From NCBI GenBank assembly GCA_012295275.1, contig CM022671.1, positions 16,740,001-16,804,000 on the forward strand: a stretch of DNA of 64,000 nt, written 5' to 3'. The position numbers were made by a program, and so were the translations under genes. Shown piece by piece: positions 12,659 to 24,964 of the stretch. The DNA is from Chrysomallon squamiferum. Lineage: Eukaryota; Animalia; Mollusca. Position 1 is the stretch's first letter. Each line of letters starts with the position of its first letter. The notes under the pieces are model-generated. The model did no database searches and was not told the origin of the DNA. It was given only the letters and a program-made list of their open reading frames with translations.

Positions 12659-13830
12659 TATATCCTGATCATCTAGAACATTAATTTTAGACATGTATTG
12701 ATGCCTTAAGAAGTGATTTCATTGGCTCCTTGGTGATACATTAATGTCTTTAACAGTTATAAGAAACTAAAAAATAAAATAAAATAATAATAATAATAAT
12801 CAGTATCCTGAATAACTAAAACATTAATTTTGCCACAGCTGAAATGCTCTGAATAACAAAATGAAGTATCTGTACTCAGTCTATAAAATAATGTTATAGC
12901 CACAGTAAAAGAGGAACGAAAACTGAACAATTTTCATGCAGTTCAGTGAAAGCATTGTCTTAATATCATACTTGATTATTAACTAACCCTGATGAGAAGA
13001 AATAAACAACAACATGAAGGACAAATAAAGAAACGTTAACCCATTGTTCAACAGCTTATTCTTTATAAACGTCTATTATTATTAAGTGATCTTGTTTCTT
13101 TCTGCGACAGATCTGTAGACTTGGATATTTCAAACAACACAGTACATTTTCTACGTGCAAAAAACATTTACCAAGGTAACAAAGATGCTTTTTAATTTCA
13201 GGCAATGATACTGGTAGACAATTGCCTGTATGTGTGTGGAGGAACAACAGGGTGGATTTACAACACTGATGTTCACTGTCTGAATCTCAGTACACTGGTG
13301 TGGGAAAAGCTTTCATCAAACCAAATATCAGACGCAGATCCCGATGGCAGGTAAAGCATTCTGATAAAACAGTAGAAAGAGGGTGGTACTGAACAACATC
13401 CTCTTGCAAAATAATTTTTAACGGTACAGACTAAACATGTCTTTTTTTTTTTCAGTTTTTATTTCAGTTACATAATTTTATTTAAAATTCATTTTTATTA
13501 TAGATATCGGCATGAAATAGCAATTCATCAAAATGAACTGTTGATGCTGGGAGGTGGCACAGCTCATACTGCTTATGGTTTCGAAATGGTATGAGTTTAC
13601 AGAGAAATTTTACTATATTTGAACATAAAATTTTTAATGTTAGGTGTAGTAAAGGTGAAATACATTATTATATTTCAGTGTAAATATTGTTCATTATTGT
13701 TTCTGAATAATTAACTCATATTGCCAAATATTTATAAATTGAGATTACTCAATTTCTAAATATCAGAATTAATCTTTTAAGTCTGCATCTTTGTTTGTTA
13801 TTATTAATATGAATTAGTTAATTAATTAAT

Positions 13831-13874
<44 letters not shown>

Positions 13875-16001
13875 ATAGGTTCCAGTATTTTGTTTGGAAA
13901 AGAGGGTTTGGAAGTCAGTAAGAACTATACCAGACACTCTTCATGGTAATGAAATTTAAAAGTCATTTCTTTTAGAAAATAGAAGAAATACTTTTATTGT
14001 AAATTTCACATTTCCATCTATTCATATTCCTTCCTAAGAGGAGCATGTTTGACATCCATCAAATATTTTCATTTCAGATTCTTTATTTATTATTTAAATT
14101 AAAACCATTTTTTTCCATTAATATAGTTTCAGCTCTGAATTATTAAAATATTTTTCAAAAATTAAATATATGATTGCAAGAAATTATTAATAAAAATGCT
14201 CGGTCTACAGGTTATCTTCTGGTGATTAATATTATTACATGTCTGACTGGTTTTTATCTCATGATGATTAATATTATATATTTGTCTGGTTTTTATCTCA
14301 TGGTGATTAATATTATTATATATTTGTCTGTTTTTTTTATCTCATGGTGATTAATATTATTATATATTTGTCTGGTTTTTATCTCGTGGTGTTTAATATT
14401 ATTATATATTTGTCTGGTTTTTTATCTCGTGGTGATTAATATTATTATATATTTGTCTGGTTTTTAACTCGTGGTGTTTAATATTATTATATATTTGACT
14501 GGTTATTATCTCACTGTGATTAACATTATTATATATTTGACTGGGTTTTATCTCACTGTGATTAACATTATTATATATTTGACTGGGTTTTATCTCACTG
14601 TGATTAACATTATTATATATTTGACTGGTTATCTCACTGTGATTAACATTATTATATATTTGACTGGTTATCTCATTGTGATTAACATTATTATATATTT
14701 ATTAGGTTTTCCTGCTCCTAGACGATGTCACAGCTGTACTCAATTTCAGAATGGTAATATGTTAATTTAAAAAAAATAATCTTTCTTATTTATTCTTGAT
14801 ATGTAATTTTGTTCACTAAAATGTCTTACTTATTAATAGCACTTGTGTAAAAAAAAAAAAAAAAACACCATATTATAATACCAGACTTTCAATTTTATCA
14901 CACGTGAATTTTATATGTGTGTGTATGTGTACATGTACAGACAAACACACAAACATTTACTATATTATGTTTTACAAGAAAACAGACAATAATGAAATTA
15001 ATTTATCTTTGTACTTTACATCATATTTAGTATTATCTTACTTCGAAAAAGAAAACAAAACACCAATAACAATTTTCGAACAGGTACATTCTTACAAAAG
15101 TACTAAATAATGTAAGCAAATTAAAACGAATGATAATGTGTTATACAAATGGTAACACTGTACATAATAACAGTATTTGTCTATTTTTGCTAGATGTGTT
15201 TGTGTGTGGTGGAATGGATGGTGAGAAGATAACAGGGGATGTGTGGAAATTATCTCTACAAACACTGCAGTGGCACAAGATAGGTGAAATGGCAGTTCCA
15301 GTCTACTTCCATTCAGCCGATTTGACACCAGTAAGTTATTAAAATTTACGAAAAAAATACTGGTAAAAATTAGCTGCATTTAAAAATTTAAAAAACATTA
15401 ACAATGAAGAATATTTTAAAAGTTTATTGTAGACTTGAAATTTGTTGTACAATCATTAAAAATTAAAAATTGTGTAAGATATTTTAAAAGCTTTATTTTT
15501 TACTTGAAATACTACGTACTGTCAAAGTAAATTTTAGAAAAGTCATTATTACTATATTAATTTATTTTGTATTCAGTATGCAGTTAAAACATTACTGTTA
15601 CGTTCTATGAGTAATTTTAACAATATTTTTCTTGTTAAACAATTCAGTAAACAAATTCTCAAAAATATTGTTTAAATTAAGAAGTTTTAAATAATCGTGT
15701 TTCTTATAAACAAGAGAATTCCAGATACTGCAAATCCGTTATATTTGATTTTGTCACCATATAAATAACTGTTTTCTCATCATTTTTCTTCAAGAGTGGT
15801 TGTCTGTATGCATTTGGTGGCGTTACTAAAATTGATGACATCAGAACCAGTGTGGTTCAGCGGATGTGGCTGAAGATTCCAAGTCTTAAAGAGTTAGCTT
15901 GGAACATTTTGTGTGGACTTTTGCCTAATGTTAACAAAACAAACAAAGAGACTTTACTCAGTCTAGGAATTCCGAATCATCTACACGACAAAATTAGCTG
16001 A
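10412..16001 (+). CDS. KLHDC10: Kelch domain-containing protein 10 (CRL2 substrate receptor), 10 exons, ~381 aa, one apparent 1-nt frameshift at ~12423
   Basis: Exons 10412-10469, 11078-11232, 11982-12066, 12350-12503, 13202-13350, 13504-13588, 13879-13945, 14706-14753, 15194-15330, 15795-16001. Motifs: RSGHR..YSLGGYNP..YPLFKE, PLELASH, FGGTGIPFGES, GGTTGWIYNTD, RYRHEI, FPAPRRCHSC, PVYFHSA, and C-terminal BC/Cul2 box IPSLKELAW..LGIP. Confidence 0.93.
11700..11900 (+). mobile_element. Degenerate SINE-like repeat copy
   Basis: Shares ctggtttatca..ccatg..tctgt..catataaa blocks with the copies at 24395-24690 and 51880-52175. Confidence 0.4.
14210..14705 (+). repeat. ~42-bp minisatellite (~12 copies) ending at the KLHDC10 exon 8 acceptor
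   Basis: Unit ggttttatctcactgtgattaacattattatatatttgactg is repeated; the last copy ends tatatatttattAG|GTTTT. Confidence 0.9.
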
Positions 16002-18140
16002 CAACTTTTACCTTGGAAGCAGTTATAAACTATCTCATACACTGACCAAGTGTGATGATGTTCTTAAAATGAAACTCTGGTGATAATCAACTTTAATTAA
16101 TGTGCAATAGTAACATGTACATGCTCTACTCAAATGAAACGGCAATTGTTCTGTTATAAGAAAACTCTTCTTTTTTTCTTTTTTTTTTTTTCTAGTGTTC
16201 GGTTATGATTATTATGCAGAAAGTAATATAACATGACTGTCTGGTTTTTAAGCAATTTTCAGAAATTGATGAATTTCAAAATGTCCTGAATTCAGACTTT
16301 CATTGTCACATCAGCATTAATTCTAACAAATTTTTCTAAAAAAATAAAATATAAAAATTACAGTGTTTAATAAGTACTATGAATAAAAGAAAATATAGTT
16401 AATAAATTTCATAGTTGATAATCTTGATCTAAATGGGTCAAGCTAGGATCAAAATGTGAAAAGTTAATTCCTGTCTTATAGACTGGAGTTAATCAAAACA
16501 ATACAAAATATTTGAACTTTGCAGTAAGAATGACTTCATAAATTATTTTATATTACAGACTTGTTCTGTTCTGTCAATAAAACTGACATCTATTTTCCTC
16601 TATTAATACCCTGCAAAAATTCTTCTTCTTTAAAACCATACATAAATTTATGCAATGTGTGAAATTTTCATTAGACATAACCTTTACATTTTACCTTGCA
16701 ACAAGCTGTTAGTATTTCTAAAAATTCTGTTTTGCTGATAATAGCTTATGTTTGAATTTAATCATATTATTGTTGATCTGAAATAATAAGTAACAAAGTT
16801 TGGATTTTGTTTGCTTTCTACAATTAAGTCACTTTAAAACATACTGATTGAAAAAAGAAAAAGAAAAAATTCTGACATTCTTATTTACTGTTGTATTGTT
16901 TAAGGTTTTGTGATGTATAATTAAGACAGGATAAATAAGAAATTTAAATTCAGCTTAATGTGAAATTTTTATACAGTTGTTTTTTGTTTTTTCAAAGCTG
17001 TTATAAAAAGATAATAAATCTTAATTTGTTTTTTGTTGTAATGTGAAATTTTTTTAAAACTTGCAATCATTAAATTCTCTTCAAAATTACTTTTATCTTG
17101 CAATGTTTTTTTTTTTTTTTTTTTACTGAGGATGTTATTTTTATGTGATATCACAGCAGCTGTTTTCTTGTTTTTCTAATCTGAGTAATATATTTGATTT
17201 AATTGTTGTGCATGTATATTTTGATAATATATTTAAATAAAAAGAAAACTTAATTTTTTAATGATCAACTTTTGTTTTTGTTTTAATATAAACTACTATA
17301 TTGAAACCATTTATGTTTGTGTTATAATTTAAACAAATCTGATAGCAATAGTACTAAGAGTTGAGTCTATGGCATCTACATTAATATGGAAGCAGCGTTC
17401 ATAATTATATTTTTGTGATGATTGTCATTTTCTTTTAATAATCAGTGCCGGTTTATCATTATAAACAAATTAAATCATACAAAATATATTTGGTCTATTT
17501 ATAATTAAATTATACTTGTTTTCTTAACAGCTATAATTTTTTTTTTATGGTTATCATATGTTGGCTATAAGTTCCAAAGGCAGTGAATAAAAATGGAATT
17601 TCTTGCATGAAAATGTAATAAAATGTCTGCTTTTCTTAATTACTCCAGTTAAGATGGTCCATAAAGAGATCAAATAAATATCTTCTGCTGATATAAATAA
17701 ATATGTCAAATAAACTTGATTATTTAGCCATAATCTCTATTAATAGTTTGTTCCAGTGAATGGAATACAATATTTACATATACATATATATATAAATCAT
17801 CTGATGAAAATTATGAAAGAGTTCTTTCCCCACTTCTCTAAGGGAAACAACTCTTGAACACTATTTCCATATTTTGTTTCATATCAGATAATCAAAGATC
17901 ACCCAATTAGCCATGTCAGAAAATATTGCTGTGATCTCGAGTAAAGACTGTGTCACTGACCGTTACGATATGATCCACGAATGAATCCTCAATGATCCCA
18001 GAGTCATGATGTGGCTGGTATAGAAAATCTGTTTTTTAAGACCAAAAACTGAATATGTTGAGCAGTAGTCGATTTTCACGTTGAGTGAGATAAATAATAA
18101 AACACATGTGGACTGGATGTTCAGTTGTGTTGTTCTTGAA

Positions 18141-18641
18141 CTATCTTGATACTTCTGCTGTGGGAGATGGAATAACCATTCCTGGCAATGACTTCCGTAA
18201 TTGCTCCGAAGTATATGAGGTCCTGTCATTTCTTTTAGTTGAGTTAAAGTTAGTGAAAAAAAAAAAAAAAAAAAAAAAGGAAAAGTAGATAAAATTCGTT
18301 GTAAAACTTATGATGATAATAATAATAATAATAATATTTCTACGATTTTTTTTTTTTTGGTTATTTAGTCTCACTTTTGTTGTCATCATCATCATTGTTG
18401 TTGTTGTTATTATTATTATGATGATTATTATTATTATGGCGTAGTAGTTGTAGTTCTTATAATTAGTTATGATTATAATGATAATAAATACATCTTACAA
18501 AGTAGGTAGTGTGTCTGTTGACGGGTCCACGCTTACGGGCAGAGTGGTAGAGGAAAAACAACTAATTGGCGACTCGCTCTTGGGAACCAAAAAATTCCTG
18601 ATTTTGTGACAGAATGATAATTTAGATGGCTTATCACCCAT
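18141..18641 (-). CDS. Candidate two-exon microprotein (74-77 aa), Ser/Thr/Pro-rich, unrecognised
   Basis: Exon 18641-18499 (MGDKPSKLSFCHKIRNFLVPK...DTLPT) ends at GTAAG. The intron has poly-T and CACTAAC. Exon 18222(or 18231)-18141 continues in frame as TSYTSEQLRKSLPGMVIPSPTAEVSR*. Both exons are GC-richer than the flanks. Confidence 0.5.
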
Positions 18642-18689
18642 CACGTTAAATAAATTACAATTTTCAGTAAAAGAAAAGTCCTTAAACAA

Positions 18690-18741
18690 GATCGCGAGGT
18701 GTTGTTTGACGTGACGTGACGTTATGTCTATTATGACGTCA
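18690..18741. promoter_or_regulatory. CRE/ATF motif cluster upstream of the candidate microprotein gene
   Basis: Perfect TGACGTCA at 18734-18741 and tandem TGACGTGACGTGACGT at ~18707-18722, in CpG-poor DNA. Confidence 0.5.
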
Positions 18742-19222
18742 TCCAGTAAAAAAAATTATAAAATAAAAATAGATATATAAAATAAATAAAATAAAATAGT
18801 AAAAAAAACATTTAAAAAAAAAAAAAAAAAAAAATGAGCATTAATAAAATAATTTTTATATATATTTTGTCAAAAGAACAAACCATAGCTTCTTATATGC
18901 ATTTAAGAACCAAGTCTTGAAAATAACGCTATTTCTGAATTTTATCCTTCAAATTTTTTTTTTTTTTTTTTTTTTTTTCCATGTAATAAGATTGTTTTCA
19001 GTTATGGAATTTATGAATTCAACAACAAAAAATACTCAAGTTTATATACGTTTTTAAGGAGACTCATTTTATTATTATTATTATTAATATGGATCTCGTG
19101 ACATTTCTTTCTTCTTTTTTTTTTAGCGATGTCGCTGGATATTATAATTACGTGTAACTGTTAATTTGTAATCTTAAATATTTTTCTTGCATAATATTTC
19201 ATTAGTTAATTTATTAACAATA

Positions 19223-19224
<2 letters not shown>

Positions 19225-19293
<69 letters not shown>
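19225..19293 (+). repeat. (CT)n microsatellite
   Basis: About 34 CT units seen directly. Confidence 0.95.
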
Positions 19294-19296
<3 letters not shown>

Positions 19297-20159
19297 CTAT
19301 ATATATCGTTCAGTTTATTTTTAATCCCCATTTTTGCAAAGCTTGTAATACTTTATTGAATAAACCATATTTTATTCTTGTTGACTGTTTTATTTAATAT
19401 CCTTCGTTTTGTGGATGGAGAGTATTTACTTTAAAAATGTTTTAATTAGGCTTATATCGGGGAAACGTAACCAATGGTTTAATGAAAACTGAACGAACAG
19501 GGGAAATAAACTGATGTACACTGCAAATTATTAAGATGCAGTTATGTTATCAATGCCTGCAGGATCAGTTACACAGTTGTGAAAAGACAAGAATTATGAA
19601 CGAACTGTAATTTTATGCAGAAACCGATTCCTATAAAAAAAAAGAAAAAAAAAAAGTGTGTTTAATGGGGGAAAATCGGGGATATATATATATTATTTAT
19701 TATATATTATTTTTTAAATACAAGCACAAACGTAACAATGAATATATCATTTAGGTTTTCTGAAGACAAAATTTAGTTCGAACGAACATCAGAAAACGAT
19801 GCAAAACCAAAAATTAAAAATAATTAAATCAAAATAAATAAATAGATAAATAATTTTTTTTTTTTTAAAAATAATAAGAAGAAAGATTTAGAAAACAATG
19901 TAGAACGGAAAAACAAATGCATAAACTCAGTTAAAAACATGGGCATAACATAAAGACTGAAACATTTCAGTAACGTATATAAAATATTTTTATTTAAATT
20001 TATAAATGCAGTTCTGTAAAAAATGACCTTTTAACAGATTTATATATATATATAAAAAAATATATATATATTAATTAAAAGTTCGTTTTATTGTTCTTCT
20101 TTATATGGTGGTGTTTTCAGTTCTTCATTTCTTTTTTCTTGTTGTTTTTTCTGCTGCAA

Positions 20160-20367
20160 AGACGAGCACGCAGGAAGTGAAACTATCTAAGTATCTTAAT
20201 GCGGACGGAAATTTACAAATATATGAATGACGGTGTTACTCAGTAATATCAGTCTGTCAAACTTTATTATACTACAGCCACCGTCTTTTTGATAGCTACC
20301 AGCTAATGAACTAAAATGTTAAAGTTAACAAGAAGAAAGAATACAAGAACTAGAAGATACCACTACG
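20160..20367 (+). promoter_or_regulatory. Possible promoter and non-coding first exon of the FGD gene
   Basis: CpG-containing patch with CAGGAAGTG (ETS-like) and a donor-like ACG|GTAAAT at 20367. The first coding exon at 24788 is preceded by an acceptor, so an upstream exon is expected. Confidence 0.35.
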
Positions 20368-20381
20368 GTAAATAATATTAG

Positions 20382-20433
<52 letters not shown>

Positions 20434-20485
20434 GCTAACTGAATAAACATGTTTACTTCTTTTACTTCTTGATTTTAAACTGAAC

Positions 20486-20524
<39 letters not shown>

Positions 20525-22585
20525 AACATATTTACTTCTTATATTCTTGATTTTAAACTGAACAATGTATATATATATATATATAAGGGGGAAAAATGCA
20601 CCGGTGTTTAAAGTGGAAAAAACAAACATAATAATAATGAAATTATTAAACTTTGATGTAGTATTCATTATTTTATACAATATCTTTTATCCATGCAATT
20701 TTGGTAACTTTATTCGACGAACCTATTCAATTGCTTGAGTGATTACATAATTAATAATTTTATCAACACAAGAAAATGGGTATTTCCCGTTATTTTTCAT
20801 AACTAATAATGAATGCTGTAGAAGTAAAAAACGGATATAAGTATCTATAAATAGATTACACTGATACACGTTAACAAAATTTTTATATCAGAGACGCATG
20901 TGAAAATTTGAGGACCAGTTTAGTGTCATAATTGTATACATGGAAAGTTCGGACTTTTCAACAAAGTTTATTATAAATTTAAATTGATCATAAAACAATA
21001 TACCTATTTGTTTGACGTAGCATGAAATCATATATACGAAATGGATCTAAATGACAATAGTGAGTTCAATTTATTATATTAACTTTACTTTAGTTAATGA
21101 TCTTTAACGAATGACAGAATGAAGAAAGTCAGAAGTAACTTCCGCATATTCATAGTGCTAAGTAAAAATATCATTTGTCATATGATTAATCATTTTATTG
21201 GTTTTCGCTATAGCTATATTTTAATGTTGTTGTTTGGACTTTTTAAATTGTTGTTTGTTTGCTGATTATTTTATTTCTTTAATTCATTTTTTTTTTTTTA
21301 AGATATTAAAACACTAAACAGTGTTATAGTGTGAGTCAAACTGACAGATCAATGACCAAAATAAAATGATATAAATCTAACAGTACCCTCTTTTCAATCA
21401 GATAAGTTATTGTTATCATCATCATCATCATCATCATCAATCAGCCTATATAGGTAAATCAAATATAAATATATGTACATTGTGATTATTAATGAATCAG
21501 GTGACATACGAATTTACCAGACATCTTTTTGAAATGAAATATTTGAACCATATGAATGGTGAATAATGACAGATACCAGAATCCAAAATGAACTGACCTG
21601 AAAAGGGAATAAAATGTGTTTATATACTGCATAGAACCAGTAATCCATTGTTTGTTATAAGTATTCGAAGGCATGTTTCTAGGTGTAGTGTGAAATGATG
21701 GTTTTGTTAAGAAGAGTTATTTATGTTTACATTACTTTATGATTGGCAGATTAATTTTTAATAAGTTCTGAAGTTACATGTAAGTATGCTGGGCCAGTGC
21801 TAGTAAGCTATATACTCACACTGTGTTACATCAGTTTCATCCAATTTTCTTAATGTTTGTGTCCAGTATAGTTGTCATTTTTGTTGTTGATTGTTGTATA
21901 AACAAATCTGAAGATATATATATATATATATATACATTAAGGTACTCCATCAATTATAATACCAACTGCAATGATGCATTTAAGTCTTAATTCTCTGTGG
22001 TGACTATAAAATCACTAAGAAATGAATAAAATGCAAATACAAATATGTTGGGAATGTTAACATGTATAAAGAAATACATGAAATTTCATGCAATGGCAGT
22101 GTAATCAATGGTTAGTTTGCATATAATATATGTTACAGGAAATGTATATTATCAGGACATAAGTATAATTCATGAAAATTTCAGAAAATATGTGTATTGT
22201 CTGATTCACTCAGGAAACTGCTTATGCAGTGTCTGCAAGTAAATCATTCTCTGGCTGCAGTCAGTGGAGAATTTCAGGAGGATGACTAGATGATGAGAAC
22301 CAGAAACCAACAGCGCCAACAAATGGGGAACACTCAATTCCAAATTTGAATTAAACTGTCTGTCATTTAATTGCATTGTTCTTTCCTAACCAACAAAAAA
22401 ATCATGACCTTAATGTCACAGTTTGCTAATTTTACAGGTCCTTAACTCTGTGGACTGTTAGGTTTCCCATGGGTGAATATCCTTTCTGGCCTCATTACTT
22501 TCAGTTCACTGATTATACATATTTTCAGAAATTTTCAGGAACTATACATGTTTCCTGTAACATGTATATGTATATGTGTGTGTAT

Positions 22586-22960
22586 TATCATCATCATCAT
22601 TATCATCATTATGTACCTGTAGTGTTCCATCATTTGATGAAAGCCTCAGTATATTGTTTCTACATGTATGAGTCTGTCACTATTTTCCTTTCATGTAGAT
22701 CATCCCTCCTTTGTGTTGGTGCCTTCCTCTAGATCATTTATCTTTGTTTGGTTTCCACTGGTAGAATACAGTGTCTGCCAGTTATTATCTTGTATACTTC
22801 CTAAGTTCACTTCCATTTTCTAAACCTCCAGTCACGTCTGTGACCTTTGCTTTCTCTCTTATCTTGATGAATTGCAGCACTATTTCAGATTTTCAACAGC
22901 ACTATGCATCAGAGATTCCCAACCATTTTCCATTCATTCATTTTCTTTTTCTTATCCTGC
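22586..22960 (-). mobile_element. 3' end remnant of an RTE-type LINE with (TGA)n tail
   Basis: The - strand reads IREKAKVTDV..RKWK..QDNNWQ..QWKPNKDK*SRGR..RRDDL..EAFIK*W followed by tgatgataatgatgatga, as at RTE-clade C-termini. Confidence 0.6.
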
Positions 22961-23956
22961 TAATAATGTCTAGAATTTGATATTTATTTTGAAACATAAA
23001 CTGTTATCATAAATGATGTGTGGCTATGCTAAAAAGATAAAGTTATCATGATGTAAAATAGAATAAATTGTTTGAAAAATCAAATAAAACTGATTTTTTC
23101 CTCCATCTTACATATATTTATTATGACAGCTTTGTATATATATTGTATAGTATGGCAGAGAGAACCTTTTAACAAATTATAAATTTAAAAACAAAATCAC
23201 CATTATTTATTAAACCAGTTTTGTAGTGAATATTGGCCATATTTTTTAATCAGTCTATATTAACATAGTCCTATTTTAAAAAAATGTTTCTGTAAGCAGA
23301 GTATATTTTGAAATATTTTGAACTGTAAAGCAGCACATCATTAAGGTATGTGGTTGTTGCTTGATGTGTTCTTTCAGCCATGACCATTTATTTCAAGAAT
23401 TCGGTATTAATCCTTTTTCAGTTTTATGTTTTGACATGATTGATACAAACAAAGGCTCATATTACACATACTTTTCCAAATGTATCACCAGCTAAGTTTT
23501 TTTTTTTTTTTATAATAAAATACATTTTATCCTGATGTTAAATACATCTAAAACAAATTAAATCCTTTTTTTTTTTTTTTTTTTCTGAAATCAAAGGTTT
23601 GCCCCAGAAAAATGAATTGACCTAAAATAGTATTAAGTTACTTGGGAAACAATAAGAGCACAGATGATCTATACACTGTGTATATTTAATGTCTGTATCT
23701 GGTTACAAGTTATTCATCAGAGGCATATGACAAAAAGCCACTTATAACTTCATGTCCTGTTACTTTTGACAAAACAAATAAAACAAAAAAGATACATATT
23801 CTACATAGGTTGTTTGACATTTTTCTCCCAGACGTTTTAATTAGAAATAATAATAATAATAATTATAATTATAATAAAATAATAATAAATTATGTTTGTT
23901 GTGAAATTGGTAATACTCTTAAATTATGTTTTCAGTAAAGTACAACAATCATAATG

Positions 23957-24005
<49 letters not shown>

Positions 24006-24394
24006 TGAATTTTGTCTTGTTTATTTATTAAATATTATTGTTTATAATTAAATGTTTAATAAAATCATTGCTGGTTTAAACTTATATGTTATAAATCAGA
24101 CTGATTTGTACATTAAATATGGCAGAAGGTTTAAGGAAGTTTAAAATCATTGCTGGTTTAAAATTACAGGATGTAAATCAGATTGATTTGTCCACTAGAT
24201 ATGGCAGGAGGTTTAAGGAAGTGCAATTATTATGCTCTGTAAACTAATCATTTATTAGTTTTTTTTTTTTTTGTTTTTTTTGTTTGTTTGTTATGTTACT
24301 GTTCTCATTTGTCATTCAGTTATGATTTATTTTTATTGGCCATATGTAAAATTCAACACCGAGTTTAAGTGTTTTTTTTTCATTATCCAGATTA

Positions 24395-24690
24395 GGGAAG
24401 CAGGTTGTAGTTCAGTATTTTTCATTAGTGTGTACGAGTGAGTGATCACAGTTCCCAGATTCAGTCCTACTCAGCACACACATTGGTTCTCTTTCAATTA
24501 TAACAACTGGTTTATCAGATGTCACAATATGTTTTCCTGTTTATGAGTAGGTCCTGGTATAGGATCAGTTGGTGCTGATTTTTAAGATGTGGCAGCAGAT
24601 TTCATCACTCATATCATTTATTGAAACTATATCTACTGGTAATAATCAGTTTGTTCGATATATGTTGTGGATTTGTTAAATGTAATTTAT
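24395..24690 (+). mobile_element. Degenerate tRNA-derived SINE-like repeat
   Basis: A-box-like head (gttgtagttcagt), then aactggtttatca..gatgtggcagcagattt..gttaaat blocks similar to the other two copies. Confidence 0.45.
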
Positions 24691-24795
24691 CAAATCAGAA
24701 ATATATTGACTGTTTTCTTTTCAGAAATGTGTATGTGACTTTTTGTTTTAGCATAGATTACTTTTATGTATTTTGTTTATTTTTTAGGCTGTAGG

Positions 24796-24902
24796 ATGAA
24801 TGAGACTCCTACAGATGTTCAGAATTGTGAATCAAACATTAATCCAGTCAATACAAATGTTTCAGCTAGTCCAGGAGAAGTGAAACGGTAAATACTTTCT
24901 TT

Positions 24903-24964
<62 letters not shown>

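Noticed and set aside
13111-13174. AG/GT-bounded segment resembling an extra KLHDC10 exon
   Set aside because: The downstream intron would be only ~27 nt, and exons 4 and 5 already join to give YGH-AMIL.
14471-14705. Hydrophobic repeat ORF (IIIYLTGFYLTVIN)n
   Set aside because: It is a translation of the intronic 42-bp minisatellite; only 14706-14753 is a real exon.
21420-21840. Possible CR1/L2 LINE 3' remnant on the - strand next to a (CAT)n tract
   Set aside because: Only a vague YSFF..W-like resemblance; insufficient evidence.
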